A stretch of 64,000 nucleotides of DNA from Octopus sinensis (GCF_006345805.1 NC_043000.1:128774001-128838000); one strand, 5' to 3'. Counted from the first letter of the stretch, positions 13,476-26,487 are shown. Made by a program: numbers and translations. Notes: generated by a model not told the origin, from the sequence alone.

Positions 13476-13915
13476 GGAGTGGCTGTATGGTTAGAAGCTT
13501 GCTTACCTGCCACATGGTTCCGGGCAAGTGTCTTCTACTATAGCCTCGGGGCGACCAAAGCCTTGTGAGGGGATTTGGTAGGTAAAATCTGAAAGAAGCC
13601 TGTCGTATGTATGCATATGTATATCTATCTATCTATATATATATATATATATATAGGGAGAATTCACCTTGGGCAAATGTGAATTCTTCTAAAGCGTCAG
13701 GCTGACCAAAACCTTGTGAGTGGATATAGTAGATAGAAACCGAAAGAAGCCCGTCGTGTGTGTCTGTGTCTGTGTTTGTCGCCCACTACTGCTTGACAGG
13801 CGGTAACTTACCAAGTTTAAAATAAGAAAAAGTAGTGGGGTCGATTTGTTCGTCTAAAATTCTTCAAGGCGGTGCCCCAGCGTGGCTACAATCTAATGAC
13901 TGAAACAAGTAAAAG
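13476..13915 (+). mobile_element. Family B SINE, near full length
   Basis: tRNA-like head ggagtggctgtatggttagaagcttgc, CORE-like gggcaagtgtctt, internal (TA)n, and tail gactgaaacaagtaaaag. Confidence 0.85.
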
Positions 13916-13960
13916 TTAACAGATAAAATGTATACATATATATACATATACACGCATACA

Positions 13961-14100
<140 letters not shown>

Positions 14101-14143
14101 GTATATATGTATAAGGGTGAAAAGGAACACACGAGTTGATATG

Positions 14144-14508
14144 TATGAAAAAACAAGTCAAAATAGAAAATGCTAAAATAATTTTATAAAGAACATTTCA
14201 GTACCGGTTTCGGTCATTTTGAGACCTTTTCAACTGTAACGATTAAATAATTAAATTTGGAAAAATTAAAAGAAAAGTTTTTTAAAAGTTTTTTTAAATA
14301 TTTTTATACAAATATTTTACAAATATTTAAAAGTTTTTTTTAAATATTTTTATACAAATATTCCTTTAAAAAAACTTTTCTTTTAATTTTTCCAAATTTA
14401 ATTATTTAATCGTTACAGTTGAAAAGGTCTCAAAATGACCGAAACCGGTACTGAAATGTTCTTTATAAAATTATTTTAGCATTTTCTATTTTGACTTGTT
14501 TTTTCATA
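14144..14508. repeat. Perfect 140-bp inverted repeat (14144-14283 / 14369-14508) with AT-rich spacer; each arm carries a hammerhead-like motif
   Basis: The arms are exact reverse complements by inspection. Right arm 14416-14453 reads cag-TTGAAAA-GGTC-tcaaaat-GACC-GAAA-C-CG-GTA-ctg. Confidence 0.9.
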
Positions 14509-16599
14509 TATATATATATATATTAAAATAAAAACAAACGAATGGGTTCTCTCAATTGTTTTATTATCAGTCTCTGTTGTAACGTGAACATCCATTAGAT
14601 TATATATTACGTTACGCAAGTCTCATTTTCTTCAAGCTTACCAAATAAACAGGTGAACAGTCACATGTTCATTAATCAACAGCTCATCAAGAAGTGAAAT
14701 TTCTGATCGGAATTACAAAGATTTGAGAAATGCAAAGTGGGTGGCACTACGCGGATGAATAAGGTTGTAAATTAAAGAATAATGAAACACCGTTTCTATT
14801 CAAACTTAACCTCGCTCTTAAAGGCTTGTATGTGTACATATATGCATGTATGAATGTATATACGATACACATTTATGTATGTGCGTGGTTGTGGGTGTGA
14901 AAGCGAATACCCGAATGGTTAAGGAGTCATAAGGTCGTGAGTTCGATTCTTGAACTGGGCACCGTATTGTGTCCTTGACTGATTTCACAGTAATCCAGTC
15001 TATTTAGCTGAAAATGAGTACCACAATGTTTTCAGTTCAATAGTGAAAGCAACGTAATACTTTAGCTTTTCAGTTTCTGCTCAATATTATAGTCAGGTTC
15101 AATAGTAATATTAATTGCTTAAATACTATTATCATTTTTCTTTCTTTTTCGCGTGTTATGGAGAAGTATGCCAGATTATTATGTGACAATTTGCGGTCTG
15201 TCTGCATTCCGTAAAATTTTGCATTGTCATTTTCTACCCTTTTGCGTACCACAGAACCTTTCTTTCAGAAACCGAAACTGATTAACCAGCCATATTATTC
15301 GAGCAGTTTTTGTTAGGTTCTTGCATCTAAGCGTATTTTGTGGAAGGCAATGCTGGAAATCTTTATACAATATAATGCATTGTTTCAGAAAAGATACCGT
15401 CATATAGTTAAGAAATGGTAAATACAATGTGCTTTGTAGTCTTCCCAAATTCCTATATGACAAGCGTAGTTTCTTCTGCTGTCCTAATTAGGATGGACAT
15501 GTTCATCTAAGCTAGCAGCAGTATTCTTTTTAAATTGATAAGTAAACATTCTGCTCACAGAAATATTGGCTTACAAAGACATGCCGTTTATAGCTGCGCC
15601 TCATTTACATACATTTATGTATTCATCTTTGATGCTAGCTGGGCTTTAAATTTAAAGTGTTAAAATTTATATTGAATTTCTCGAGAGAACACTGCTGCGG
15701 AAGATCAATTTCTATGATAGTTAATATAAAAATGTAGTGTGGAACATTGATAATTGCTTCACTTAATTGTTCTCTGATACTCAATATTCTACTGGCCCCT
15801 CTTAGAGGTATATAAATGTTTTAGGTCAGAGTTATTTTAATGCTAAATTGATATTAATTTAATGCAGTGAACATCAATAATTTAATTAGAAATATTTGAG
15901 AGAGGCTAGTTCAATGACTAATACTTACACATACAATATTGTGCATATATTTAGTGATTCTCTCATCCCTACTTCGGTATTTACAAGAAGTCTGTGTTTC
16001 ACTGAGAAGATCTACATGATGATCGCTTTATTTGTTTACCTATTTGTATCACTTGCTTTAATCTCCATCTGTTTACGTAACTTTATACTTCTCACTTTTT
16101 CCTTGTGTAACCTCATGCAATTACATGCTTCATTAGGCCGGTCTGACTTTGACAGCTTGCTCTAAACACTACAATTATATACATGTATTAACAAATTCTT
16201 CTATACCAGTGTGGTATCTTTTTTATATTTGGGGCGTTACGTTTATATTAACTACGAATTCAATACATAAATTAACAATTCTGTTTATAGCAGTCTAGTA
16301 CGACTTAAACATAAATGAAGTTTTCTCCTGTACTTGCCGAGATGGTTAAATTAATATCAGTCATTGAACTTATGTTTTCTTTTCTTCTGGGCATAGTTAT
16401 TTTAAATTAGCCTTTTAGTACTCAATGTATTAAATATGTTAACACATACTTAACTGTCTTTCATACAGATTACGTCTCCTAGTAATTAATATTAGTGATA
16501 TATTTATTTAGTGTGCAATATGTAATGTGCTTTTTCAGTGGATTCTTAGTGTTACTGTCATACTGATTAGCAATATTATATTGACATGCACATGCTTAA

Positions 16600-16978
16600 T
16601 CTTGACACAAACTTCATTGGACACTACAACTTGGGAAGGCCTGCAAAGGTCACAACCATTTTTATGCACCACATCCTGTTTATTTCAAATTCAGGATCTT
16701 TGTATTTTGTCAGTTTTCTTCCACTTACTTTCGGCTATTCTTCTTGGTGGTGACGGAACGTGTATATTTTATTCCAGTCCCCGATCACTGTATCTGAACG
16801 GATTTCCTTGTCGGTCTGAACAAACATCCCTTAGCCAAAAAAGTAATACATCCACATGCATCACTGAGCAGACACTCAAATACTGTGAAAGTTATATCAC
16901 CGTGATGAAATATTAGTAGAAAAGAGATGGTACCAGCATACATCGGAAAAGGTATTAGAGAATAACTGTATACCCTGA
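16600..16978. mobile_element. Old R4/Dong-type LINE 3' fragment with an inverted 5' piece
   Basis: The minus strand from ~16833 leftwards reads (LWD-like) FVQTDKEI ... KLTKYKDPEFEINRMW. The plus strand ~16840-16978 reads YIH ... KRWYQHTSEKVLEN. Confidence 0.6.
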
Positions 16979-17052
16979 GCATGTTTTAATATCTTTCAGT
17001 ATATGAATGTTTCTATATATCAATGTGTGCGAAGGGAGAGAGGAATGAAAAC

Positions 17053-17172
<120 letters not shown>

Positions 17173-19063
17173 AGATGATAAATCAAAAGACAGGATACAT
17201 AAGGTAAAAAGGAGAGGTGGTAGATGGGAGGAATAAGAGTGATGTATGTATTCACAGGCACGCGCACAAATGTGTTTGTTACTATTGTTTAACCCCCACC
17301 CCGCCAAGTCCGATTTGATTAAACTGACCTATGGTCAAAGACAATCCATTTCTGACAATTCTGTTATTTCTCAGACATTCTGTATCCTGGACGATTACGT
17401 CATCTTATATGTTCTTTGATACGACAGTAGCCAAAGCTCTGAGGGAAATTTAGCTTCTATTTTTAGCAGATAGATCAAAAATTTAGCGGTTTTTTTCGCT
17501 GCTTTGTTACACGACAAAGAAGAAGCATTCATTGAATTCATTTAAGGCAATATCCATAGGTAGCCCCAGGCACCTATCGATATTACCTTTAAGGAACTGG
17601 TTTCCATTTCCTGTTATAACTAGATTTTCCCATTCAACAACCTCGTTGTAGCTCACTGACCTTGTCTGATCAGGTTCTTATTGTTTACCTTTGATCACGT
17701 TAGGTCAAGTAATTGTCTTTATTTATCGTACTATATTTATGTGTATGCATGCGCGCACAACGTGGCTGCGAACTTCTTCACCACATAGCAATGGCTGAGC
17801 TTCGTGCTAAACTTGACAGTATGCATAAAAAGAAGAGAAAACACACTATCCCACCAGAAATAAAAGTATGAAAAAATTCAACTAGATTATAGCTGGGAGA
17901 TAACAGTTTAACCAAAGCAGCCACCTTCAGCTTCCACCACGGCCTCAAGGCGTCTGCAAAACCTAACGTATGCGTTCCTTTCTCAGCCCCTTGGAAGATT
18001 TTCGAACACCTCACCAGCTCGGCATTGGTACTGCAGGTAGAGAGGTTGGTGTCTTTATCAATCGCGTCCCACACATAGGTAAGCCCTGGGATTATAATCG
18101 GGGGAAGTAGGAAACCAGAAATAAGGGCTGGTGAAGTCGTAGAAATTCTGACTCTTTCTGACGTCATGGCGAGGTGCAGAATTCTGCTGCTACACATATG
18201 GCCTTCCTGCAGCAACCCTCTCTAGCCAGGGTCTTCATCACAGTCTATCATCAGATGAGAGGCCTGATCTGAATGTCTACCAAAAAAAAAAAAAAAGAAA
18301 ACTTCCATTAAAGTAAGTGCTTGGAATCCACTGAAGGCTACGTAGTAATATTAAATAAATCAACGGATTAGGTCTAGCACTGAAAGACAAAATGGTAAAT
18401 TTGAATTATATTAGTGTGCTGTATGAAAGAGCAGAAATTGGGGTGTGTGTTAGATAGCGCCATTATCAGAGAACAATAACATATTAAAAAGGTTCTGTCC
18501 GAAACGATAGCTTTTCCTTCTTGAGGCAAGCCTCATGTCTCACCTTCTGCTTTCTTACTTTCGCAGACAGCTAGTTTTTTTCTTTCATTTATTTATAAGA
18601 TATTCCCTAGATATCATAATCGAGAAGAAATATGTTTTATTCTTTTATTCTTTCATTCCTTTTTTTTTTCAAAGCATTCTCTAATGTTTGCCAAAATTGC
18701 AACTGGTAAGATAATTGGAAGAAGAAGAAACGAAGCAGAGACCGATTCTTTGATATTTCAACACTCCAGTTTTAGGAGAATGAGAACAAAAAGAAAAAAA
18801 AAAAGAGAAAAATAGAGGCAAACGAAACTGATGAAAGCAACAGAAAGTGATGCAATGATTACTTCTACCTGTAGTCTGAAGGAAACCACACCTTTCTCAT
18901 CAGTAGAAGAGAATGTGTATTTATATGTCATCAAATTTAACCGTAAGTTGCATTTTAAACGTCAAACCTCGCCTTACTTTAGCAAAACAAATATATTTTG
19001 GGAATACATTTGGCATACTTTAAGTGTATCATTTCAAGGAAAAAAACTGTTGGCCTATATATA

Positions 19064-19108
<45 letters not shown>

Positions 19109-19411
19109 TACACACACGCATACACACACACACATACATACACACATACGTACACACACACACCAAAGGAAATTTTTTTTAGAAAAGTTTCGTGATACGG
19201 TCACAATATTTGAAAAAACGTTTCCTTGAATTAAATATTTTAAAGCATGTTTAAAAATTCCTTAACAAACGCGAGTTTGAAAAGTTGAAAATAGCGAAAA
19301 GCGCTAACACAAAATTTTCTCTCCTTCAGGTCTGTGTTGATTTACTTTAACAAAAAACAATTTTTACATGTAATTAATAATTTCTAATTTAAGAATATCA
19401 TACATATATAC

Positions 19412-19855
19412 ATATTAATTAGCACATCCAATCTAACCTGGATGTTCTTCTTATAACACCGTAGGCTGCGATGAACGTCCTCAAAAATCATTTCGTGTAG
19501 ACGACAAATGCTAAAAAGCATCGAAATACTATATCAGTTGACAAAATTTCGCTAGTACCGTCGGGTGGCAGAACTGTATCACGTGATTTCACTGTATTGG
19601 GGGTCATCACCAATAGGATGCCAAACACCGAATGCCAGAGAGAAAATCAATCAGACCCATGTAGAATAATACCGATCAGATCACGTGATACAGTATTGCC
19701 ATCCGCCGGTGCTGAGAAACTTTAGTCAACCTATATAGAATTTCGATGCTTTTTAGTATTTGTTTTCTACAAGAAATGAATTTTCGTGACGTTCACCGCA
19801 GTTTACGACGCCATAAACAACGCATCCCGGTTAGGTTGGGTGTGCTAATTAATAT
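19412..19855. mobile_element. Palindromic MITE with long imperfect TIRs; a third partial arm lies at ~20005-20110
   Basis: Ends atattaattagcacatccaatctaacc / ggttaggttgggtgtgctaattaatat. Internal aaaaagcatcgaaat / atttcgatgctttttag and tgtatcacgtgat / atcacgtgataca pairs. Confidence 0.8.
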
Positions 19856-20133
19856 TCGTTACAAAGGTTGCTTATGTCGCTGATAGTTACTTTGCATTCG
19901 GCCTGCTAGCTTTTCGCGATTCTAGGTTTGAGAGATTTTCTATCTGGAATTTAGTGCTTGGCTTCCTACTACTGATGAACGGGAACATGGTGACGTCACA
20001 CTACAGTAGTATCGTCCGCCGGTGCTGATGAAATTTAGTTAACCGATATAGAATTTCGATGCTTTTTAGCTTTTGTCGTCTACACGAAATGAATTTTTGG
20101 GCGGTTCATCAAAGTCCCTTTATTGCTAATAGC

Positions 20134-20193
<60 letters not shown>

Positions 20194-20379
20194 TAGTTCA
20201 TGAGAAAAAGAGACGACAAAAGAAAACGTTGGTTATGTTATGAAGTTCATCAGCTTACAGCTGTTTCTGCTATAGTGGACTCATAGTTGAGTGCCTGATT
20301 AACATTCTATAGATCCGTCGGAGCCTCGAATATGAAGTGCATATCCATATGATACTGTGAAAACTGCATCATAATGAAT

Positions 20380-21385
20380 GGGCTAAGTTTTCTTTACCAT
20401 AATATACTTCACATTTCTTCCCCACATGTCTAAAAGCTGCAAATTTGGATTTAGTAAGGAATAGACGGCTTACTTTAGGATATGTGAGATGAGACACAAA
20501 CAATCGGTATGACTTGACGAAGAGAGCGACGAGAGTATCTGTTAAGCTCATAAGGGGTTGTAGCTCCTTTTTTTCAGTGATAGTTGTATTGATTGTAGGA
20601 GATTCAGAAAGATGAATCAACAAGATTGCGAGCCAGTGGTTGTAGCATTCGTGTTAGTGCTTCTCTGCCAATTAACCGAACGACTTTTTGTGTGTGTGTT
20701 CTAGGCTATACGGGTATCTAGCATTATTACTTTCCAAAACAGTTGGAGAGTTTTTGTAGAGAACCAGTAAGCGATCAGGGTTAAAGAATATTCTGTCAGG
20801 GAAGAAAAAGTACAGTCACTACATTTCAGTTTTTTATTGTGTTACATGTGTGTGAGTGTCATCACAAATTATCAACAGTTGTGAGACCAATCATTTTTGG
20901 CTATTTCAGAGATTCTATGTTGTGTTTTTTGCGCACACAGAGGATGTAGTATTATAATATATTGTGTGTAACTATATTGAAATATAGTAGTTTGTTATGT
21001 CTTTACTGATATACTTTTTCAAAGCCCCTGTTCATAGATGCGGGCTATGTTTGGTCCGAAGCTATGTATAACTTGTGTTGGGTGTAAATGAAGTCTCAAT
21101 GCAGAAGATTTAATTAGTGTGAAAAGCGGCACCATGTACATAGGATTATATGTGCGCGGTTCAAAATATCTGCGAGGAATTATTATTACACAGAATGAAG
21201 AATGTAGGCTAGAAAACTGAACTTTGGACACGCATAACTAAGCATTCCTAGAATGTTGGTGAGAGTGAAACCTGTGGGAAGTGTTATATTTAAACCAGGG
21301 AAGTCTAAGGGAGTGCTGTCTGAGAGAAAACTTCTGATCCACGAGAGACAGACTAAGGTAGCTTTGATTGGAGGTTTCATACCAG
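20380..21385 (-). mobile_element. Heavily decayed LINE reverse-transcriptase C-terminal relic (Jockey/CR1/L2-like)
   Basis: Fragments in order on the minus strand: CLSWIRSFLSD, LLVLYKN, QKVVRLIGREALTRMLQPLARN. Many stops and frameshifts. Confidence 0.6.
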
Positions 21386-21462
21386 CTTACAGTTACATTT
21401 AGGTAAGAGATTAGATATTCATTATGTATGTATGTGTGTATGTATGTATGTATGTATGTATG

Positions 21463-21493
<31 letters not shown>

Positions 21494-21589
21494 TTATTCA
21501 GTTTATTTCAAGATTTCTTGCCAATAGAGAAAGAATCGGTTTCTAACCTAGATCCAAGGCTCCTTCATTGGAATTTTAACATCAATAAC

Positions 21590-23320
21590 ATGGTATTTTT
21601 GTTTGTATGCATGTATGTATGTATGCACATATGCACGTATGTTTTATGTATGTATTCTGATGCATATAGTTGCATATGTGGACATGCTCATATATATTTA
21701 AATGATAAACTTCTGGAAAGCTTTACAGATTTTTACAGTTCCAGTGATGGATTGGATCTGTAGACTTCGAATTAGCTTTCTCCTTTCTGGTTCTGAGGAG
21801 CCTAATTTCTCAAGATTGGTATTTAGGCAGTGTGTTACATATCCCAGGACCCCAATAATTACAGGTATAAACCTGAACTTATAATGTGGATAGAGTAATT
21901 GCAGATTTCTCAATAGTTCAGCATAGGTGTTTTCTTTTTCCCTGATGTTTAGATTTATGTTAACATCCGTGCACAACTGTGCACAGCTTCTCTTCTCTAT
22001 TCCAAATCATTATATCAGGTTTGTTGCGCTTATATTTTACTGATGTCTTCAGTAAGACATTCCACCAGTATTCCTGTCTATTAAGAGTGGCTGTAGCTTC
22101 TACTATATTATGGGTTCTTATTTCTTTGTCCTTGGGATTATCCTCCCGACCGATTTCATTATAGAGTGTCCTGGCTACATCATCTCTCATCGGTAGATAA
22201 TACCGTGATGACATTTTCGGACAACTGCTTATGATGTGGGTGGTATCTTCAGTTTGAACTCCACAAAGTCTGCATTGGTTGTTACATTTTACTACTTTTC
22301 CTGCATCTCTATCCCCTTTGTGCATCAGGTACTTGATTGATATTTCCTGTTCCTGGATTGCAAATGCATACTCTTCAAAGTGGGAAGTAGCATTACGGAT
22401 ATTGGTCCATGATAAACTGCTTTGATGATCGATGTTACTATCATCACGGAGCTTTCTACTAACATATCCATGCATAATCTTCTTGCTCATATAGGCTCAT
22501 TTATTCGTCTGATGATACTTTGCGGTAGGGTCATGCGACTTCTTTGGGCATGCCTTCTAGGTTATCAGACAAAGAGTGTTGCTCAAGGAGCTGCCTTCCA
22601 AGTTTTATGATGTTATCAGTCTCATGTATGCAAACTTGGTCAAGAGATGCACTTCGACACTTAGTGGTTAGATGATATTGCCGAAGAAACATGATGCGAC
22701 ATTCAAAGGCATTTTGGATTTAAGTTAAGCCTCTGCCGTCTTGCTTTCGCTTCAGGTTGAGGCGGAATATGTCACTGTTTATATGGAAATTATGTGTGTT
22801 TGTTAGTGTTTTTCGGGTTTTCACATCAATGACTCGGATCTCATCAAACGTCTAATCAAGCAGACCAAAATGTTGGTATGAGTACTGGCACTGCAAACAC
22901 ATTGTGGGCCACTGTTTTATTGAATGAAAAGAGTTTTGAGGTCCAAATTTTCTTTATTCGGCTGTAATATTCCTTAGTAATACGTGTTTTGTTACAAATG
23001 CCATTGTAAGATATATTTTCATCCATCCCTAGTTACCTGTAAAATTCCTCGTCAGATACAGGGGAAACAGTCAAATCATTGATGGAGATATTATTAGTCC
23101 GGTTTATAGTTTTCCCCCTTTTCACAACCATATCCTGACCAAACTCCAACCTTTGAGGATGTTGTAATTAGGTCAAGGCTCTTTTCCATCTCATGCATAT
23201 TCTTTGCATAAAGTTTTAAGTCATTCACAAAGAAGCAGTGTGTAATTTTGGTATTTCTGTTTCCTTGTGAAACAGGGGTTTACAGAAAGTATAAACAACA
23301 TCACAGAAAGGCTGTCTCCT
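21590..23320 (-). mobile_element. R4/Dong-clade non-LTR retrotransposon, 5'-truncated and degenerate (RT, CCHC knuckle, restriction-like endonuclease)
   Basis: [14 protein letters not shown] (RT DD motif), HGYVSRKL ... FAIQEQEISIKYL, CRLCGVQTEDTTHIISSC, KPDIMIWNREEKLCTVV, KYAELLRNLQLLYPHYKFRFIPVIIGVLG. Confidence 0.85.
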
Positions 23321-23324
23321 TGGA

Positions 23325-23355
<31 letters not shown>

Positions 23356-24122
23356 TGTATGTATGTATGTATGTATGTATGTATGTATGTATGTATGTAT
23401 GTATGTATGTATGTATGTATGTATGTATGTATGTATGTCAGGTCATTCTTAGGACTACTGGTAACATGTAATCCAGTACAACATGTCGAAAGATCGGGTG
23501 GTCGGTGACTAAACCAGCAACCTTACCAAACCTGCTTGGTAAGGAATTTGGTTTTCATTGGACATTCTGCAGGCTGGAAATAAGACCTATCAAAGGACTT
23601 AGTAGACTTAATTCCATCTGCTCTTTGTTTAGTTGTCTCTGTAGGAGAGAGAAATTCCGAATTAGCACACGTCTCATTACGAAGTCGGAGGGCTTCGCTG
23701 TCCAGATATTTTGCTCTTGGATTGTAAAAACTTAGCCTCCAATATATGACGTTATGTGGCAGCCACGAATCACAGAAAGATTACGCTCCATGTTAATACT
23801 ATCATCATTTTGAAGTTTAAAAGAAACATACCCATGCATAGCCTCTTTGTAGTATGCAGAGCGTTTCTTACTCCGGTTTTCGTGTGTGTGTATGCACGGA
23901 TGCATACATTTATAAATGTATGCATGTGAATAAGTATTCATGTAAGCAAGTATGTTTGTACGAGAGTGTACACGTATAAATGTCAGCAAGCGTCGATGCT
24001 ATTGCATGTTTGCATCTATATATTTTGACTTATACATGCATACACATACATATATTTCATTATCGCTATGGGCTCCGTGTGGGCAGTCATCTAAGAGTTT
24101 TTGTTCATCTTGATGCTGACAT

Positions 24123-24229
24123 AAGTTTCTTGTTTTTTCCTGATGAGTAGGCGGCATAATGCACCCCTTATTCCTTCGAAATTAGGAATATGCAGCCTTC
24201 GAAACATATGTCGAGAATAAAGGAATTTT
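24123..24229 (+). ncRNA. Type I hammerhead ribozyme (canonical core), copy 1
   Basis: Stem I ttttc (24135-39)/gagaa (24213-17), extendable to ~17 positions with 3 mismatches. CTGATGA 24140-46. Stem II G.AGGC/GCCT.C encloses a tattcct/aggaata hairpin. GAAA 24201-04. Stem III AC-atat-GT. Cleavage triplet GTC 24210-12, with AATAAA just downstream. Confidence 0.8.
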
Positions 24230-24431
24230 GTTAAATCGTCGTTCAACTCCATTCTTTCATTTATTTATATTTCCATGTCTGTACGTGGGTATATGTAGTT
24301 ATGACATGCTAAAACTTCTGGAATATTTTACACATCTTCTCAGTGCCTTTAATGACTTGTAACTCTCATTTCTCAATTGGTTGGGTTCTTTCTATTATTG
24401 TAAAGGTACGTATGTGCATATTTGTGTACGC

Positions 24432-24464
<33 letters not shown>

Positions 24465-25202
24465 TGTATGTTGTATGTATGTATGTATGTATGTATGTAT
24501 GTATGTATGTATGTATGTCAGGTCATTCTTAGGACTACTGGTAACATGTAATCCAGTACAACATGTCGAAAGATCGGGTGGTCGGTGACTAAACCAGCAA
24601 CCTTACCAAACCTGCTTGGTAAGGAATTTGGTTTTCATTGGACATTCTGCAGGCTGGAAATAAGACCTATCAAAGGACTTAGTAGACTTAATTCCATCTA
24701 CTCTTTGTTTAGTTGTCTCTGTAGGAGAGAGAAATTCCGAATTAGCACACGCCTCATTACGAAGTCGGAGGGCTTCGCTGTCCAGATATTTTGCTCTTGG
24801 ATTGTAAAAGCTTAGCCTCCAATATATGACGTTATGTGGCAGCCACGAATCACAGAAAGATTACACTCCATGTTAATACTATCATCATTTTGAAGTTTAA
24901 AATAAACATACCCATGCATAGCCTCTTTGTAGTATGCAGAGCGTTTCTTACCCCGGTTTTCGTGTGTGTGTATGCACGGATGCATACATTTATAAATGTA
25001 TGCATGTGCATAAGTATTCATGTAAGCAAGTATGTTTGTACGAGAGTGTACACGTATAAATGTCAGCAAGCGTCGATGCTATTGCATGTTTGCATCTATA
25101 TATTTTGACTTATACATGCATACACATACATATATTTCATTATCGCTATGGGCTCCGTGTGGGCAGTCATCTAAGAGTTTTTGTTCATCTTGATGCTGAC
25201 AT

Positions 25203-25309
25203 AAGTTTCTTGTTTTTTCCTGATGAGTAGGCGGCATAATGCACCCCTTATTCCTTCGAAATTAGGAATATGCAGCCTTCGAAACATATGTCGAGAATAA
25301 AGGAATTTT
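25203..25309 (+). ncRNA. Type I hammerhead ribozyme (canonical core), copy 2
   Basis: Identical to 24123-24229. CTGATGA 25220-26, GTC 25290-92. Confidence 0.8.
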
Positions 25310-25511
25310 GTTAAATCGTCGTTCAACTCCATTCTTTCATTTATTTATATTTCCATGTCTGTACGTGGGTATATGTAGTTATGACATGCTAAAACTTCTG
25401 GAATATTTTACACATCTTCTCAGTGCCTTTAATGACTTGTAACTCTCATTTCTCAATTGGTTGGGTTCTTTCTATTATTGTAAAGGTACGTATGTGCATA
25501 TTTGTGTACGC

Positions 25512-25544
<33 letters not shown>

Positions 25545-25670
25545 TGTATGTATGTATGTATGTATGTATGTATGTATGTATGTACGTATGTACGTATATA
25601 TGTGTGTATGTAAGTACCTATGCATGTTTATATTTAAGTATTTACGTATATATGTGTGTATATACATAGC

Positions 25671-25717
<47 letters not shown>

Positions 25718-26109
25718 CACATATATGCATATATATGTGTGTGTATATATACATACATACACACATACATATACACACGCATATATATGTGTACGCATGT
25801 GTGGTGTATGCGTATAGACCAATTAAATACTTTTGTACAGAATGTAAAATGTTTCATTGAGGAGTTGTAATAAGATGGAAATATATTCCTTATTGACACC
25901 AGTTTATTTTAAAGTCCAGATCCACTCCAATCAGTACTTTCTGCATTACCCAAAAAATTCGGTCAACTGATCTTTTCATTTTAGATATCGTAGAGGGAGT
26001 TTTATTGACTAATTGCTAGGATAATCTCAGCAGATCAAAGTCTTTCAACACACTATATTGCATATATGAAGCTGTACTAAGTTAAGAAACTATTACTAAT
26101 ACTAGTATT

Positions 26110-26300
26110 AGTAATACTAGTATGCTTAGCGGCATTTCATTTGTCTTCAAGTTTAGAGCTCAAACTCCGCTGGGGTCGACTTAGCCATTCATTTTGGGTC
26201 GTTGAAGTAAGCATCAGTCGAGCACTGGAGCCGATGTAATCAACTAACACCCCCTCCTTCGCCCAAATTTCAGGCCATGTGCCTATAGTAGGAATGATTT
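26110..26300 (+). mobile_element. Diverged family A SINE
   Basis: atgcttagcggcatttc ... ctcaaactccgctggggtcgacttagcc ... gatgtaatcaact matches 28782-29012. Confidence 0.7.
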
Positions 26301-26487
26301 GCATTTGACCCTGTGGCTAATTAAAGAAATCTTCATTATCGTCGTCACTGAGTGAAAGATCAGCGCATGCCATCAAAGTGACGCTGGGGTAAAATGTACG
26401 AAGCCCAATATACCCATCATGACTACCCGTTTCATAAGAGTACACCAAGCTTTGCACCACAACCATATCTTTCTTCTTTTCTTTTAT

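Larger units (their letters stand above)
23326..25582 (+). repeat. 1080-bp tandem duplication bounded by (ATGT)n tracts (23326-23438, ~24434-24518, ~25514-25582)
   Basis: Exact 1080 offset (lines 24121 and 25201 are identical). I counted about 7 substitutions, all in the first half. Each unit contains an antisense R4 fragment (HGYV...TIQEQ, ~23700-23860) and a hammerhead. Confidence 0.95.

Noticed and set aside
15377-15425. Possible micro-exon (tttcag|KRYRHIVKKW|gtaaat)
   Set aside because: Splice-like sites this short arise by chance in AT-rich DNA, and there are no supporting exons.
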